Below are positions 10,551-25,500 of a stretch of 64,000 nucleotides of DNA, piece after piece. The first letter of the stretch is position 1. Each line of letters begins with the position of its first letter. Below the pieces are notes generated by a model that was not told the DNA's origin, did no database searches, and worked only from the letters and a program-made list of their open reading frames with translations. The position numbers were made by a program, and so were the translations under genes. Origin of the DNA: Trichosphaerium sp. ATCC 40318 (Eukaryota > Protista > Tubulinea); the NCBI GenBank assembly GCA_038496445.1, contig JALMLS010000370.1, positions 62,001-126,000 of the forward strand, read 5' to 3'.

Positions 10551-13172
10551 TTATACATTTTGTAAATCAGTCATAGACTTCTCTAATCCAGCTTTGACTG
10601 AAGGCCAATTTGGATCTTTAGGTGTTGGTTCTAGTTGTAACCATGTCTTGACTTCATCAAGATTATCTTGTTTTACTTGCTTTAGTTGCTTAACAATCGT
10701 TTGTGCTTGTTTCACGCGACCAACATCAAAGTCATTCCACAATAAGACTCCAGAAACAAAGTCGTTATCATCAAGGTAGTAAATAACACCTCGATCGTAT
10801 CGCTCGTCTTGTTCCCAAAGACGTTCTTCACCATCACTGGCCTCTAATTCGCCAGCTTGCCATACAGCAACTGTGCGCTGTGAGGAGTCGCATATACCCA
10901 AGGTTGTGTAACGGTCGCCAGCGATAACATGTCTAACTCTTTGTTTAGCTGGAGATCAAGCAGTACATCTAACGTACGAGTTTCTTAGTACTTGGGTGAG
11001 AACATCTGCTCTTTGGTATACTTTTCCTGTCATCCACTCACCTGCAACAAAACCAGAATGGAACGAAGGAAAGTGACCTGATAGACTAGCACGTTTGTTC
11101 AAATGAGGGACATGCACGGAAGCTAGATTGCCAGCCTACTCTTTGAGTCAACAACCCCCATCTAAACTATAAGGAAATCTAATTGACGTACCACCCAGAG
11201 GTTTGGGAATGTAGACAAACAAGGAGACGTTTCAACTTTGAAATTCTTTTTATCAAATGTGCAGTATTCATGGAATGGCAATACTCGTGGGAACACGTTC
11301 TCTCCAAGTGTAACAACTGGATGTGTTTAGTACTTTTATCAACATAGAAATTGTGTCAAAAAAAAAAGGTACCTAAAACATCGCTCTTCAATTTCTTTCC
11401 ATTCTTCAATGTAATATCAACAGAATCTTCACTTGTACGTTTTACAGCGCCCATATCTTGTCTGATAACATTAACACCAACTATGCAATAGGTTAAATAA
11501 TTGTTTACAAGTAGTCGTTTGCTTACTTTGTTCAAGATTCTGTTCTACACGATTGACTAGGTAGTCAGGAAGCACATGGCCAAGCACACCAGCTGGGCTG
11601 GCTACTTGTGTAATATTGAGTGGTTGTTCTCTGCGTTGAGAAAACTTAGAGAGACTTTGAACAAGGGTAGATGTCCATTCATCTGATCCCAAAATTGTGA
11701 CATTCTTTGTTTCAGGCTTGGATAATTGAGAGTGTAATGATTTAAAGTCATCCGCCTAATAATTAATTAATACTCAATTATTGATGTATTAGGAGGGTAC
11801 ATACTGTTGCAAATGTCATGATATTATCGTGGTAATCTTCAGTTTTGATTCCTGAGTGCTTGAGTGGACCAGCACCTAATTTACTAGTGTAAGCACAACA
11901 ATTAACTCTGCTTTTTTTTTATGCACCTGTTGCCCATAGACATTTGTCGTATGTAACTCTGATACCATCGGCATACATTGAACGTGCTTCAGGGTCAAGT
12001 CTCTGAAAAAAAAAAAAGTTAGTGTCAAAATGTTGTACGGAATGTTATGTGACATTTGGATGCGCTCGTACCTGTGGCTTCTTGCCAGGGATGATAAAAA
12101 AATTATCAACATTTGGGAGGTCGTAAAGAGATCGCAATTTCTTCCCTGTAGATGTTTTAAATTGTAGCTTCTCAGGATCTGCTGTTTCATCCCACATGTT
12201 CTAACATCGGTAAGAAATTTGTTTTACCATGACATTGAAAGACAGCAACAATAAATTGAACATGGGAACCTAGAATCAGTACGTACACGTGCAAGCGCAT
12301 ACTTTATCACGAAAGGATCATCTTCTTGGCAAACAACGAGGATCTACGTGCTTTATTAGCCAACGTTAAAAGTGACACGCAAATAAATAAGGAAATAGCG
12401 TTGGGCAATATAAAATGTCTTTGTAACGCCAATACATAAAGAAGCGGACAAATAAACGGAAGGTACGTACTGAACCCTCTTTGTCTATGCTACGTATTTT
12501 ACTGATGGCTCCAAAAGCTGCCTCTGTGGCACCTACGACTAGATACTTTGTTTTTAGAAGTGTATTAGCGTCCTTGGCGTCCTAGAAATTAAACCATTAA
12601 TAAGTGAAGTCAGCGCAGTTGAAATATGTAATTTCGCAATGCCGTCTGCGTTTAGAAGCGTATGATCGAATTTCTTACCTCTTTTTGTGTAGTCATTTTC
12701 TCGATCTCTGTTTCTAGCTCTCGTGCGACTCTGATGTCTTCTGATATCTCAAAGGCTGATTTAAGCACCTCTCTTTTCCTTGCTTCTGGAAGATTGTCCC
12801 AATTGCCTTCCGCAGGCAATTTGTCTTCGACCAAGCCGAGCAGTGGGTTTTCGTAGAGAAAATAGCTCAACTCATCAGTAGCGTAGGCTGCAGTTTCATT
12901 TTCCGCAATTTTTTCGTCCTTGTCACTCTGTTCTGCTTCAGCAACATAGTTGTAAGCTAAATAAGCAAACTATAACGACGTTACGCAATACAAAAGTGTA
13001 AAAACCTTACGACTCCAACAGCTGCTGCAAACGGAGCTGCTACGCTTGAAAACCTCGTAGTAGAAGTTGCGGCAACACTATGATACCGTTTCCCGGTTGT
13101 TGCCTTTGTGCGGTATTGCTTCGATTTGATGGCTCGTTTCGCTATTGAGCGCTGACAAGTGCGTAACCACAT
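10551..13172 (-). CDS. Apoptosis-inducing-factor (AIF)-like mitochondrial flavoprotein homolog with degenerate cofactor motifs
   Basis: R/S/T-rich presequence MWLRTCQRSIAKRAIKSKQYR; KYLVVGATEAAFGAISKIRSIDKEG; DDFKSL..NVTILGSDEW; AIF C-terminal motifs LGICDSSQRTVAVW and YDRGVIYYL..VSGVLLWN. Confidence 0.75.
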
Positions 13173-13256
13173 GTGTAGCAAAGTACAATCTGAGTTTGGC
13201 TCAAGGCACGACAACAATTATTCCAACTTAACATCAAAACTTCAAAAATATCTAAC

Positions 13257-16200
13257 ATGGCGGAGCAGAGCAGAAAAAACGAATTTACATGGCCTGTGTG
13301 GTCCGTTGAACAAGCTGAAAAGAAACTTGCAACAGATTACAAACAAAGACTTGCTGTTTGGAATGAAAAGCTACAGCAACATGTATGTGACAATTGCTTT
13401 CTGTAACAGCAAGAATTTCGTGCTAACAGATTGATAGGTGCCAAAAGAGTATCATACCATTATTGAAGATGGTCTACGCGAAGCAGTTACACAAGGTACT
13501 TATTTTAAACGTATTCTGAGCGAAAACATTCGAACTAGCTTAAAAACGCCCTAAAATTTACTTTCAACGCTCCACGGCTATAAACAAAACGTCTTGAAGA
13601 AAATTCAGAGAAGTTAACTATAAAGGCGGAAACCAATACTCAAATTCAGAAATTTGTGTCATTTTAAAAACCGTTTACTGATGACCCTCCTCTAGCTCCT
13701 ACTTTAAAAGATCAGGGAGTGACTAAGAAGTTTTACAACTTTTTGACATATCACAACAATGTGACGATGATGAAGGAGAATTGGAAAGGTTTCACTAACG
13801 TACGTCAACATTATATCAAACACCCTTTGTTTACGCCGAGGAATACTTTCATTAGTTCTATTTTAAGCACTGGCCACACTCTAACCGTATGTTATAGTTT
13901 ACAGGATCGAGTTTTAAAGTTGGTGGCAAACGTTCACGTCGTAAAATGGGCGACGATTCGATTTATCGCGCCAACCCTGAACTGGTTCAACTGCTTCCAA
14001 GGGGATTAACAATTATCAGGGGTACAGACATTCAGAATAAACGTTTTGATGTGCTTACTTGTCGCCTCTAGATTCTAAAACGCAGCACTCAGAGGTTGTT
14101 GTGTTTGCTAACAGGAAATTTTTTGGGCGTCAAGAAGGTGACGATGATGACACTGACCTCTGTTCTTCGTCCATGCAAGAAGGTAATTTTTGTTGTTGCA
14201 TTGCATGTAAAGTACAAACACGTGTTTAGATGCCTTTAAAAAGTTTTTGGTTTCGATTAAAGCCAACGGTGAAAATTGCCAGGTTCGTCATTCGTTCGTT
14301 CAAATGTCTTGTCATTAAAATCATTGATAGATTGGTGTCATGCCTGACGGCAAAGGGTGGTGTATTGGCTCGAAGAATCGTAAAATATTGGCGTTAACAA
14401 AAGACGATGTGAAGAGATTTAAAGATGATCAAATGTACTTCAAACATATTTCAAATCAACATTGTCCACGTGACTGACTTTCTTTGAGGTATTCTTATGC
14501 TAGTGAGATGGCCCTCGGGTTTTTCGCATACCTTGAGAAGATGGGAAAAGAAAAAGAGCAGGTAAGTCAGCGGACTAGTTAACTGTACATACAAGTATTG
14601 ATGTATCTCTCTTTACAGGAGTTGATAGACTTTTTGTTGGCGACACGACTCACCCTCAATTTCGAATTTGAAAGCCCTGCTCATCAACATTTGGTATTGC
14701 TCAAGGAAGAAAGGCTAGTCATGATTGCAGTCACTGGTATACATATTCAAAACAAAGCATTGCATCCTATCTTCAGTACGTTCTCAGAAAACAGTCTTCA
14801 CTTGACTTATACCGTCTAATAGCTTCTGCCATTGGCAAGTATTTCGGATTCCCTTCAGCTCTTGAAGACACCACAACCTATGACAAGGTACATTACTATT
14901 ACTGCTCTCAGTTGAGTTCTAAGTCGTGTTATTAGAGTAGCGCAGATGAGATCTGTACAAAGATAATCCATGAGTTTGATTGTGAGGGAGGTGTACTCAT
15001 TTTACTTGACAAAGACATGCAAGTATTTGATTTTGTCAAGGTAAACTAATCATCAAGTTGACCTACTCCATGGTATGCTAAATATTTGTTTGTAGGTTAA
15101 AACGTACTGGTATATAGCTCTCCGAGCAATACGTGAAAAAGTGAAGCATTTGGCTAATAATGCAACGTTGTACAAGGCGTGTAATGGCATTCAATCAAGG
15201 CTTCAGATGTTACAGCAACAACGTAATTTGTCTAGGACCCTCATTGACAAATTTGTTAAACTTGGTGTATGCTTTGCTGAGTGGCTAACACAAGATAAGG
15301 CGCATCTCGAAGAGTATGTCCAGACGACTACTTAAACCCTACTCACTCTTTTTTTCACAGCTTGGTCGATCACTATCCTCTCAGGTGGCACCAATTCCTC
15401 GTTGCAAAGAAGTATCCGCTTGATAAGAGCCTGCTATCAATCCCAGATGCGGATATCCCTGTTGTGAAATTCAGTAAAGATGACTTGCCTCTCCTTGTAA
15501 TTATACAAGGTATACCAGGACTCGGTAAATCATTCGTTTGCAGCAAAGTACGTTGGTTAATTACATCGTTTTGAAACTGATACACCTCCAAGCTTGTCGA
15601 AACTTTAAGTGACCACACTCAAGGTGTCCCTATCTCCGCTGTGGCTGTGGCTCAAGATGACTTTGTCAAAGAACACGGCAAGGTAATGTTGGATGCTTTG
15701 TATTCTGTTTTTCTTTACTGATTATGTGTAGAAGAGTGGTCAATTTTGTGTGAAACACGTTCGTCAGTTATGTGCTGACAAGAAACACAAAGTAATCATC
15801 TTGGCGAGGAATAACGGCAACAAACAACAATATAAAAATTATCTAAACGTGGAATCCGATGGATTGTGTCGTGTCATCTTTATTGCACCTGAAGAAATGA
15901 CAACAAAGATCGAAGAGCTCGTTTATTTGTCCATGGTACCAATCATCCATTTTCTCAATGTTGAGTTAGTCTAACAATCCTTTAGGCATCAGTACTTTAC
16001 AGACAAGTCTCTAAAGAAGCACATCCTACAGGTATTTGAATAGCCTGTTATTGTAGTTGAAAGCCATACTAATGTTTATTTTAAGACTCGATGAAACAGA
16101 CAGCACTGGCGTCACTTCCTCTCAAGTTCCTCGGAGAGTTTAAACAACACCCAGCAGCGTTTACTGTGAAGTATGTTAATGGCAAAGTTACTGTACCATC

Positions 16201-17005
16201 GTTCAACAAATTCAAGCAATTCATCAAGCCTTTCAAGGTACGGAAATATTGCTCTTGTTTCAATTTCGATATCACTAAATTTTGTTTCTTTAGAGCAGAG
16301 GATTCAAGTCCAAGGATGCAACGCAAAAGGACTTGCAAATGTATGGTCTTGTGGGGAAAGATGCTATTGCAACCGTCGTTGAGAAGGGTCATCGTCCAGC
16401 TGAGAGTACAGCTAAAGCAATGGCGGCAATAATTAGAAAAATACTACCTGTTCAAATACCTCAAACTGGTAAGCCTCCATCACCCATCTCAGCTCACAAA
16501 ACTCACTATTTGCAGGATCATACATCGGCGTCAAACTAAGTCTGGAGACATCCAAGTTGCTCATGCAAAAATGCACAGCTTTATTGGATGCATCTTCTAT
16601 CGCCAAGTGGCAAAAACATGGCAACCATGTTACCTTTGCGCATGCCAATAACTTCTTTGATATCCAAGACTTGTGGTCAAAGGTGGAAAGCAAACTCGGA
16701 GAAGAGATCACAATCAATATCACTGGTTTAGTCCATGATGCAAAGAGCTTGGCTGCTGTCACCTTGAATCTCGTTGGCAGTGATGGCACATCTCTAGACA
16801 GCTTAGTACATACAGGCGTACCGCATATCACCATCGTTACAGCACCAGGTATTATCATTTTCAAGCGACTCTTTTACATCTGTTTTGACACCATTTGTTA
16901 GGCGTGCCAGCCTACAGGTCTTCCACTGTTATAAAAGAAGGTAAAGCAGAAAAGAAGGCTCTAAAAATGAAGATAACAGGCCGTGTCCACATGTTTTCGT
17001 ACTGA
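13257..17005 (+). CDS. Trl1-like trifunctional RNA/tRNA ligase (ATP-dependent ligase - polynucleotide kinase - 2H cyclic phosphodiesterase)
   Basis: Ligase motifs I SIKANGE, Ia GSKN, III NFEF, IV CEGGVL, V VKVKTYWY..R..RE; P-loop GIPGLGKS with AQDDF and ARNN; 2H motifs HVTF and HITI; stop TGA 17003-17005. Confidence 0.8.
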
Positions 17006-17085
17006 TTTGGGGTTTTTTTGTTGTTGTTTGTCGTTATTAATAAAGTTTGTTTTCATTATGTACAAGGTTGTTTTATTTACAAATA

Positions 17086-18836
17086 TCAGTACAATTTGAG
17101 ACCAGCTATTAAGGAGTCTAAAGCCGATCTGTTGCATGGTCCAAAGGCAATGGCTGTTTGTGTACCTTCCTTAACTTGTGTCGCTCCTGCGTCTACCACC
17201 AGAAAATGAGGAACGTTAAGTTTTGCAGCTTCTGTTGCCCTTGTATCCAATGAACCTGTTGTTTTGACTATAATTTTTCTTTGTCCGGTATTTAGCCATT
17301 CTTCAGCTACTGACGGACTGTTTTTCTGAACTTCCAGATATCCGCCCATCGTAGCGTGGCAGCATTGCGATGCTATCTTACCTTTGGACATTTTTATATC
17401 TGTTCTTACGCATATGGCCATGATCACTTGTTCCTTAACAGCTGGTTCAAATCCAGGATCGTAATGGACGAGCTTAGTTTCTCCTGTTTTCTTAAAATCA
17501 CGTGGACAGCAAGGACAGGCTTCGACGCCACTATGAAGTTTGGCTAAGAATGACGCTGATGGTTTGAAAAACTTGGTAGGCAGGAGAAGATCGAACATCT
17601 TGTGTACTTTCATTCCTGTATCAATTGTTAGTTTAAGAACAATGTATAGCTCCCATCATACCTTTTCTAAGTACCCGAAAATCGGGGCGATCAGCATTAT
17701 TCAGGCCGTATAGAATATCACGGTCCAACTCCCATGAGTACAACTGGCTTCCAGTCGATGAGTATGGCCCAAATCTACGAGGATATTAGGACACAACTTG
17801 AAAAATGTTTGTACGTACGGATTATATTCGCATAGTGTAGCTGTGTTGCTGCTTTGGTTGTATATAATGTCCATGATGTAATTAGGCCATGGTACCAACG
17901 GGTCTGTTATTTTGAATACTTGCAGTGCCGCGTCAATCACCTTATCTCCAAATTCTGGTTTCTCAAAAGCAGGCATGTAGTTTGGGTAACACATTGGATT
18001 GATTGCTGTCATTTTGTTGTTATACACCCAACACCTAAATTCCATCTTGCTTGGGAATTCTACCTGTAAAGAAAAGCGTATTAATACCAACATGTTGTAT
18101 TAGATGACTTACCCAATGTTGTATAACAAGATTAAGTGTCGGGTCGTGCTCTGGCTTCACTTTAAGTTGCAAATAGCTCCGACAATCCTCTGCAGTTCTT
18201 TTGCTTGATACTAATGCCTTCACAACTTGTAGTGTAGTTCTAGCTTGACAACGCTTCAAAGGAGGTTCCTTGTCTGTTGCCTTTATGAGAGCGTTCATCA
18301 ATTGCTGTTCTTTGTAAAATAAACTATCCTTTGGGCTTCGTGTTGATAGTTTGAAAAAGAATGAAGGTTTCTCACTTGTAGACGCTTCACTGAGGTTCAA
18401 GGTTTTTAGCGCTTCTTCCACTTGAGGCTTTAATGTGGCTGCCAATTCAAATATTTTTGACATTGCGTCCTCTAAACTCAGTCAGCAAGACGCTGTACTT
18501 CAATAATACTTACGTAGATACACTCCTCTATCGGTTTCGAGATGTAGGTTATATATGGATTCAAGTGTGTCACGGGTTAATGGGATGAGTGCTGCTGGCG
18601 GCACTATTGGCTTTTCGTTGATAGTTTTCTTGGATATAGCAGGATACCACGTGTCATAATTGAACGAGTTCGCATACAAAAGATATAACTGAGCCATGAG
18701 ATCCTCGATACCAAAATCAGACGATTGCGTAAAAATAGAATGATAAAATTCTGTCTTCTCTAAATGGTAGTCAATAAAACATACATGTCTCGCGTGATGT
18801 ACCTTCTTCTGGCGTTCTTGGAGTTATTGTACTCAT
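17086..18836 (-). CDS. CDC123/R2K-family ATP-grasp domain fused to C-terminal PTH2-type peptidyl-tRNA hydrolase (start may extend to about 19189)
   Basis: ATP-grasp motifs FFKLSTRSPKD, EFRCWV, YIMDI, CEYNPFG, LYSWELD; phase-1 GT-AG intron 17661-17616 joins ..RVLRK-G-MKVHK.. in frame to PTH2 motifs VRTDIKMSKGKIASQCCHA, WLNTGQRKIIVK, VVDAGATQ, AFGP, LKLY*. Confidence 0.8.
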
Positions 18837-19322
18837 TTTTTCTTTTGGGAGCAACTTTGGTGGTGTCAATTTAACTGAAAGCTGATTGATTAAGGCGCAA
18901 CAGCTTTTGGGGTATGCGACCAGCAACAGAGACGAATTTGGTTCCAAAGCTTGTACATGGAACGGCAAATACTTGTATATGTTGTGTTGGCACACAGGTA
19001 TACGCGTGCTGTCCGCAAAGCTAAGTTTACGGTTTTCCTTCTTAGATAGCTTCGGTTGGATAGCGAACGCTACGGAACAGTTATAGCTGGATTTTATACG
19101 TATAAAGTACCTTCTGCTAGCGTATTAAACTCAAAAGGGGGAGTTGTGGTCATAAGAGGCTGTGTTGTAACTTTGAATAAGTAGAACATGTTGTTCTCTG
19201 AAAATATGACGAAAAAGTTAGAAAAGAGTTGTGAACAAATTTCAAGTAGATTGTCTCCTTGATCAATAATACATTGTAAACAGTTCTGTACAGTTTTTAT
19301 TGTTGCGTATAGCAGCAGTTAT

Positions 19323-21445
<2,123 letters not shown>

Positions 21446-21783
21446 GTCTTTCCGAGATCGCGTGGGTCTATTGTTCAAAATCTTTAGCTTTACAGATCAG
21501 AGCCTTCTTATTGAACTATACTGTAACTTGTGCCAGTATGTAGATACTCAATGACAAAATACAAGGCCCGTTAAGGAATGCGCCGATACAATAAGCCCAC
21601 GCCAACGGTCAGCGCCAATTTTAAGTATAAATTTCGTATTACATACGGCACGCGTATGCAATATAACAACAGCTGATTCAAATGCCCACCATTAACCTCA
21701 CAAAACGCGAGTGAATGAAACTGTTTATTTTAAACCACCTTTAACAAAGGGTACAAGAGTGCGTATGAAATATACGGTTACAT

Positions 21784-22377
21784 TTATAACTCTGTCTTTG
21801 AATCCTCTTCATCAAGCTTTTTTCTATCGTACTTGGACAAATCGATTCCTGACAAATCTTTCTTTAGCTCGTCCATGTTAGGTTCCTTCCATAGTATTAG
21901 CGATAAGAGGTTTTTTTTTCCTTATTTGTGGTTCGGACGCACCTCGAATTTGGCAGAACCAAATAAAGAGCTCCAAGAAGATCTGAGCCAGTCCATGGTC
22001 TTGCTAACAACAGAATCGTCTGCGCAAATGTTGTTGCATAGCGTAGGAGCTACCGTACAGTACTTACAATATTTGCAATACTCACAATTTGGTTGAGACT
22101 CTGATTTCTCGCTGTAATATGTTAGAACAAGGGTAAATGCGCACTAGATAACAGTACCATGGACACTGATCGCAATACTACAATGTGTGAGTGATCAAAC
22201 TAGTTTTCAGTACTTTAAACAGGCAGCAACAACGCAAATAGCGTGGCTGGAGCCTTGCTTACGTGGCAAATTGTAAAAACGTACGTGACAGAACTCTGCG
22301 TACTCGCAATACTCGCATAATGCGTGTGTGGTTACAAACAAAGTTGCTAAGAGGAGAAGTAGCGACACAAATTTCAT
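21784..22377 (-). CDS. Small secreted/ER-retained Cys-rich protein resembling the C-terminal domain of histidine-rich calcium-binding protein (HRC)
   Basis: Spliced (4 exons): MKFVSLLLLLATLFVTTHA-LCEYCEYAEFCHYCDQCPCEKSESQPNCEYCKYCKYCTVAPTLCNNICADDSVV...EEDSKTEL*; signal peptide plus KTEL; not in ORF track. Confidence 0.7.
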
Positions 22378-22546
22378 TTTGAGAAGTTGGTTTTTTAGTT
22401 GTAAAATAGCGCGGATAAAAAAAACTGTAAAAAGTCAACATGTTTAGCACAATGCACTTGATTAATTTAACGTTACAGACTAATTAATGCGTAGCGAGAG
22501 CTACTACCAGCGTTGATATATATAATTGCAATTCTATTCGGCAGAA

Positions 22547-25500
22547 ATGGGTAATAACTTTACAGCCAACACTAATATCCATCTCGACTTTCTACATGAG
22601 CTACAAGGCATAACTAAGCGTGAAGTGCTCAGTGATGGCCGCTTCTTGAAAACTATACGCTGTATGCATGACGAAGGCACAGTGCTTGTAAAAGTGTACC
22701 TAAAACACGAAAAAATAGAGCTTAAGGAACAAATGAAAGATCTTGAAGGTATTATCCTGCTCCCAGTATTTTAAATGATCATAATCTAACGTATTCTTGT
22801 AGAGATACGCGACACGTGCCACGCCAGGAAAGCGCGTAATGTAATACCTTTTCAACAGTTTGTTGAGACAGAAAAAGCTGGTTACATGATCAGGCAGTAC
22901 TTCCATAACAATCTCTACGATCGCATTAGGTACAGATTTTTCGTGTCAATTGTTGTTGACAGTTCTCTCACTATTTTTTTAACTAGTACACGACCTTTTC
23001 TCAGCACCCTAGAGAAGAAATGGATAACGTACCAACTACTAACAGCACTCGAACAAAACCATTTTTATGGGATTTGGCATGGCGATTTAAAAAACGAAAA
23101 TGTCATGGTCACCAGGCACGCCAAAATTATATGAAAGTATAAAAAAAATTGACATCTTTTTGGCATACAGTTGGAATTGGGTATATTTGTCAGACTTTGC
23201 AACGTATAAGGTACACTATCCTGTGCTTTGTTTTCATTGGCTGCATCCTTCTAACCTAAGGCTAGCCCACGTACATACCGGAAGACAACCCAGCACATTT
23301 TTCGTACTACTTTGACACTTCTGGTCGTCGTACATGCTTTCTTGCACCAGAGAGATTTTATAGCAAAAATCAGAAACCAGTAGCAGATGATACTGGTAAT
23401 GGAGAGCCTTTGTTGACCCCTCGAATGGATATTTTTTCTCTTGGATGTTGTATTGCAGAGCTTTGGCTTGATGGCATGTCAATATTCAATTTTTCAGAGC
23501 TGTTACGATACAGGACAGGCGATTATGATCCGACGCCCAAGTACTATTTAGAATTTTTCACATTTAAGTCTTTTTCTAACCGTGCGCGCACAGAGTCAAC
23601 AGGATCCCAGATGAAAACTTGCGTGAGTTGGTTTTACAGTATGTTGCCTTTTGAGACAATGTTTGTACTAACAACATATATTATAGTATGATACAACGTG
23701 ATCCTGAGAAGCGTTTGTCTGCTAGCAGCTATCTTCACGAATGGAAAACACAAATATTTCCAGACTACTTCCCGTACGTGTTTTGCCTTGCATTGTCATT
23801 CTTTGTACGTATATTGGCTAATGTGTGTTCTATGTATTAGATATTTACATACAAAGATATTTGAGTTGATGCAAATGGCACCTGACAATAGGTTATACGC
23901 CATAAGGGACGGTTTTCAAGACATATTGGAGCATGTTAGGCCAAGTCACCTTCGTGTCAACAAAGAAGAGATTAAGAGGACAATCTTAAAAGACTTTACG
24001 TCTGTTCTACCTTCAGAACCTCAGCAAGAAGAAGCTCCAGCGATGAAAGTTAGACGATCAGTGTCTTCCGCACAAAAAGCGATGCATGCAACACAAAAAT
24101 TGCTGCTAGATACGGATGCCTTGGTGCATAAGATTATGACCCAAGAGACTTTACCTAGTAAATCTGACAAAACTCAAACTGAGGACAATGTACGCAATAG
24201 ACTGCCTATATTGAATCGGCTGGCTAACTACTGTTTAGTCTTTGCTTAAGGCTGTCAATGATTCTCAGCAAGCCCGAGATACCTCCAAAGGACCAAACAA
24301 AGAGTTAGATATTCAAGAAGCGCAAGGGATGGCCCTTATCGCCAGTCTTGTTTGTGCCATGCTAAGGCACGTGCGTACGCCATTGGCGAAGATGTGTGGA
24401 TTAGAGGTTCTGTCAATGTCTGCCGAACATCTAGACGATGAAGTAAAGTTGATGTGGCTGCTGCCATATATTGTCTCGCTCCTCACACCACCTGATTCGT
24501 CAGCGCTGGTCCGTGCTGTTGCAATCAAGACGTTATCTCATGTTGTACGCTTTTTACACACTATACTAGCAAATGCTGAACAGTGCTTACAACGGTTAGT
24601 TGAGCATGGTAAAGACAGTACCGCCTCATGAGGCGCCACTGTTTCCAGAGTATTTATTGCCAATATTAAACCAATATGTACGCTCTGAAAAAGAGGAGCT
24701 AGTACGCGAAGCTTATGCGTCTTGCCTTCCAACCCTTGCAGAGAATGCTAAAAGATTCCTTGAAGTAACATTTATTCAAAAAACAACTAAGGATCCCAAA
24801 CAAGTGCGTCCACTTTCTTCAACACCTTAGATACTCGATAGTAATACATGTGTTAGTCTACATTTGGTGAAGAGATTAAACGGTTGAGAGAGTCATTTAA
24901 AGAAGTTGCTGAGCAGATGTTATCGAAAGACAGCTCGAAGGCAGTTAAGAAAGCTATTCTATTAGACATCGCTCGACTTTGTGGTTTCTTTGGGGAGGAT
25001 GGTACTGAGTTGTTATTGCTTCCTTTGATCATTGGTTGTCTGGATGATCGAGACTGGGAGCTGGAGTGCGTCTTTTTCCAAAATATAGTGGGTGTGAGTG
25101 AGGTTGCAACTGTTGAAACCATAGAACAAATTGTAGATGTCCACGTCCTCCCAAAAGTTTATGGTACGACCCCCTTGCTCTATGTGGTAACATGAATTAT
25201 TAATTGATTTATATCTAGACGAAAAGGACTTTGTTGTTGATAAAGCATTGAACTGTTTGACGTCGCTTGTACTGCAAAACACCAAAATGTTCAACAAACG
25301 ATATCTCATTGAAGTTGTCACAATTTCAGCGCCTTTGCTTCTTCATCCAAACTCTTGGATACGATACGCTGTTATAGGACTTTTCGACGCCATAGCTAAA
25401 AGGTTGTCACTGGAAGAAACGCATATTTGGTTTATACCTATTTTGGTCCCATTTTTAACAATGAGGATAGCCACAATCACTCGCCAAGCCCTTATTCGCG

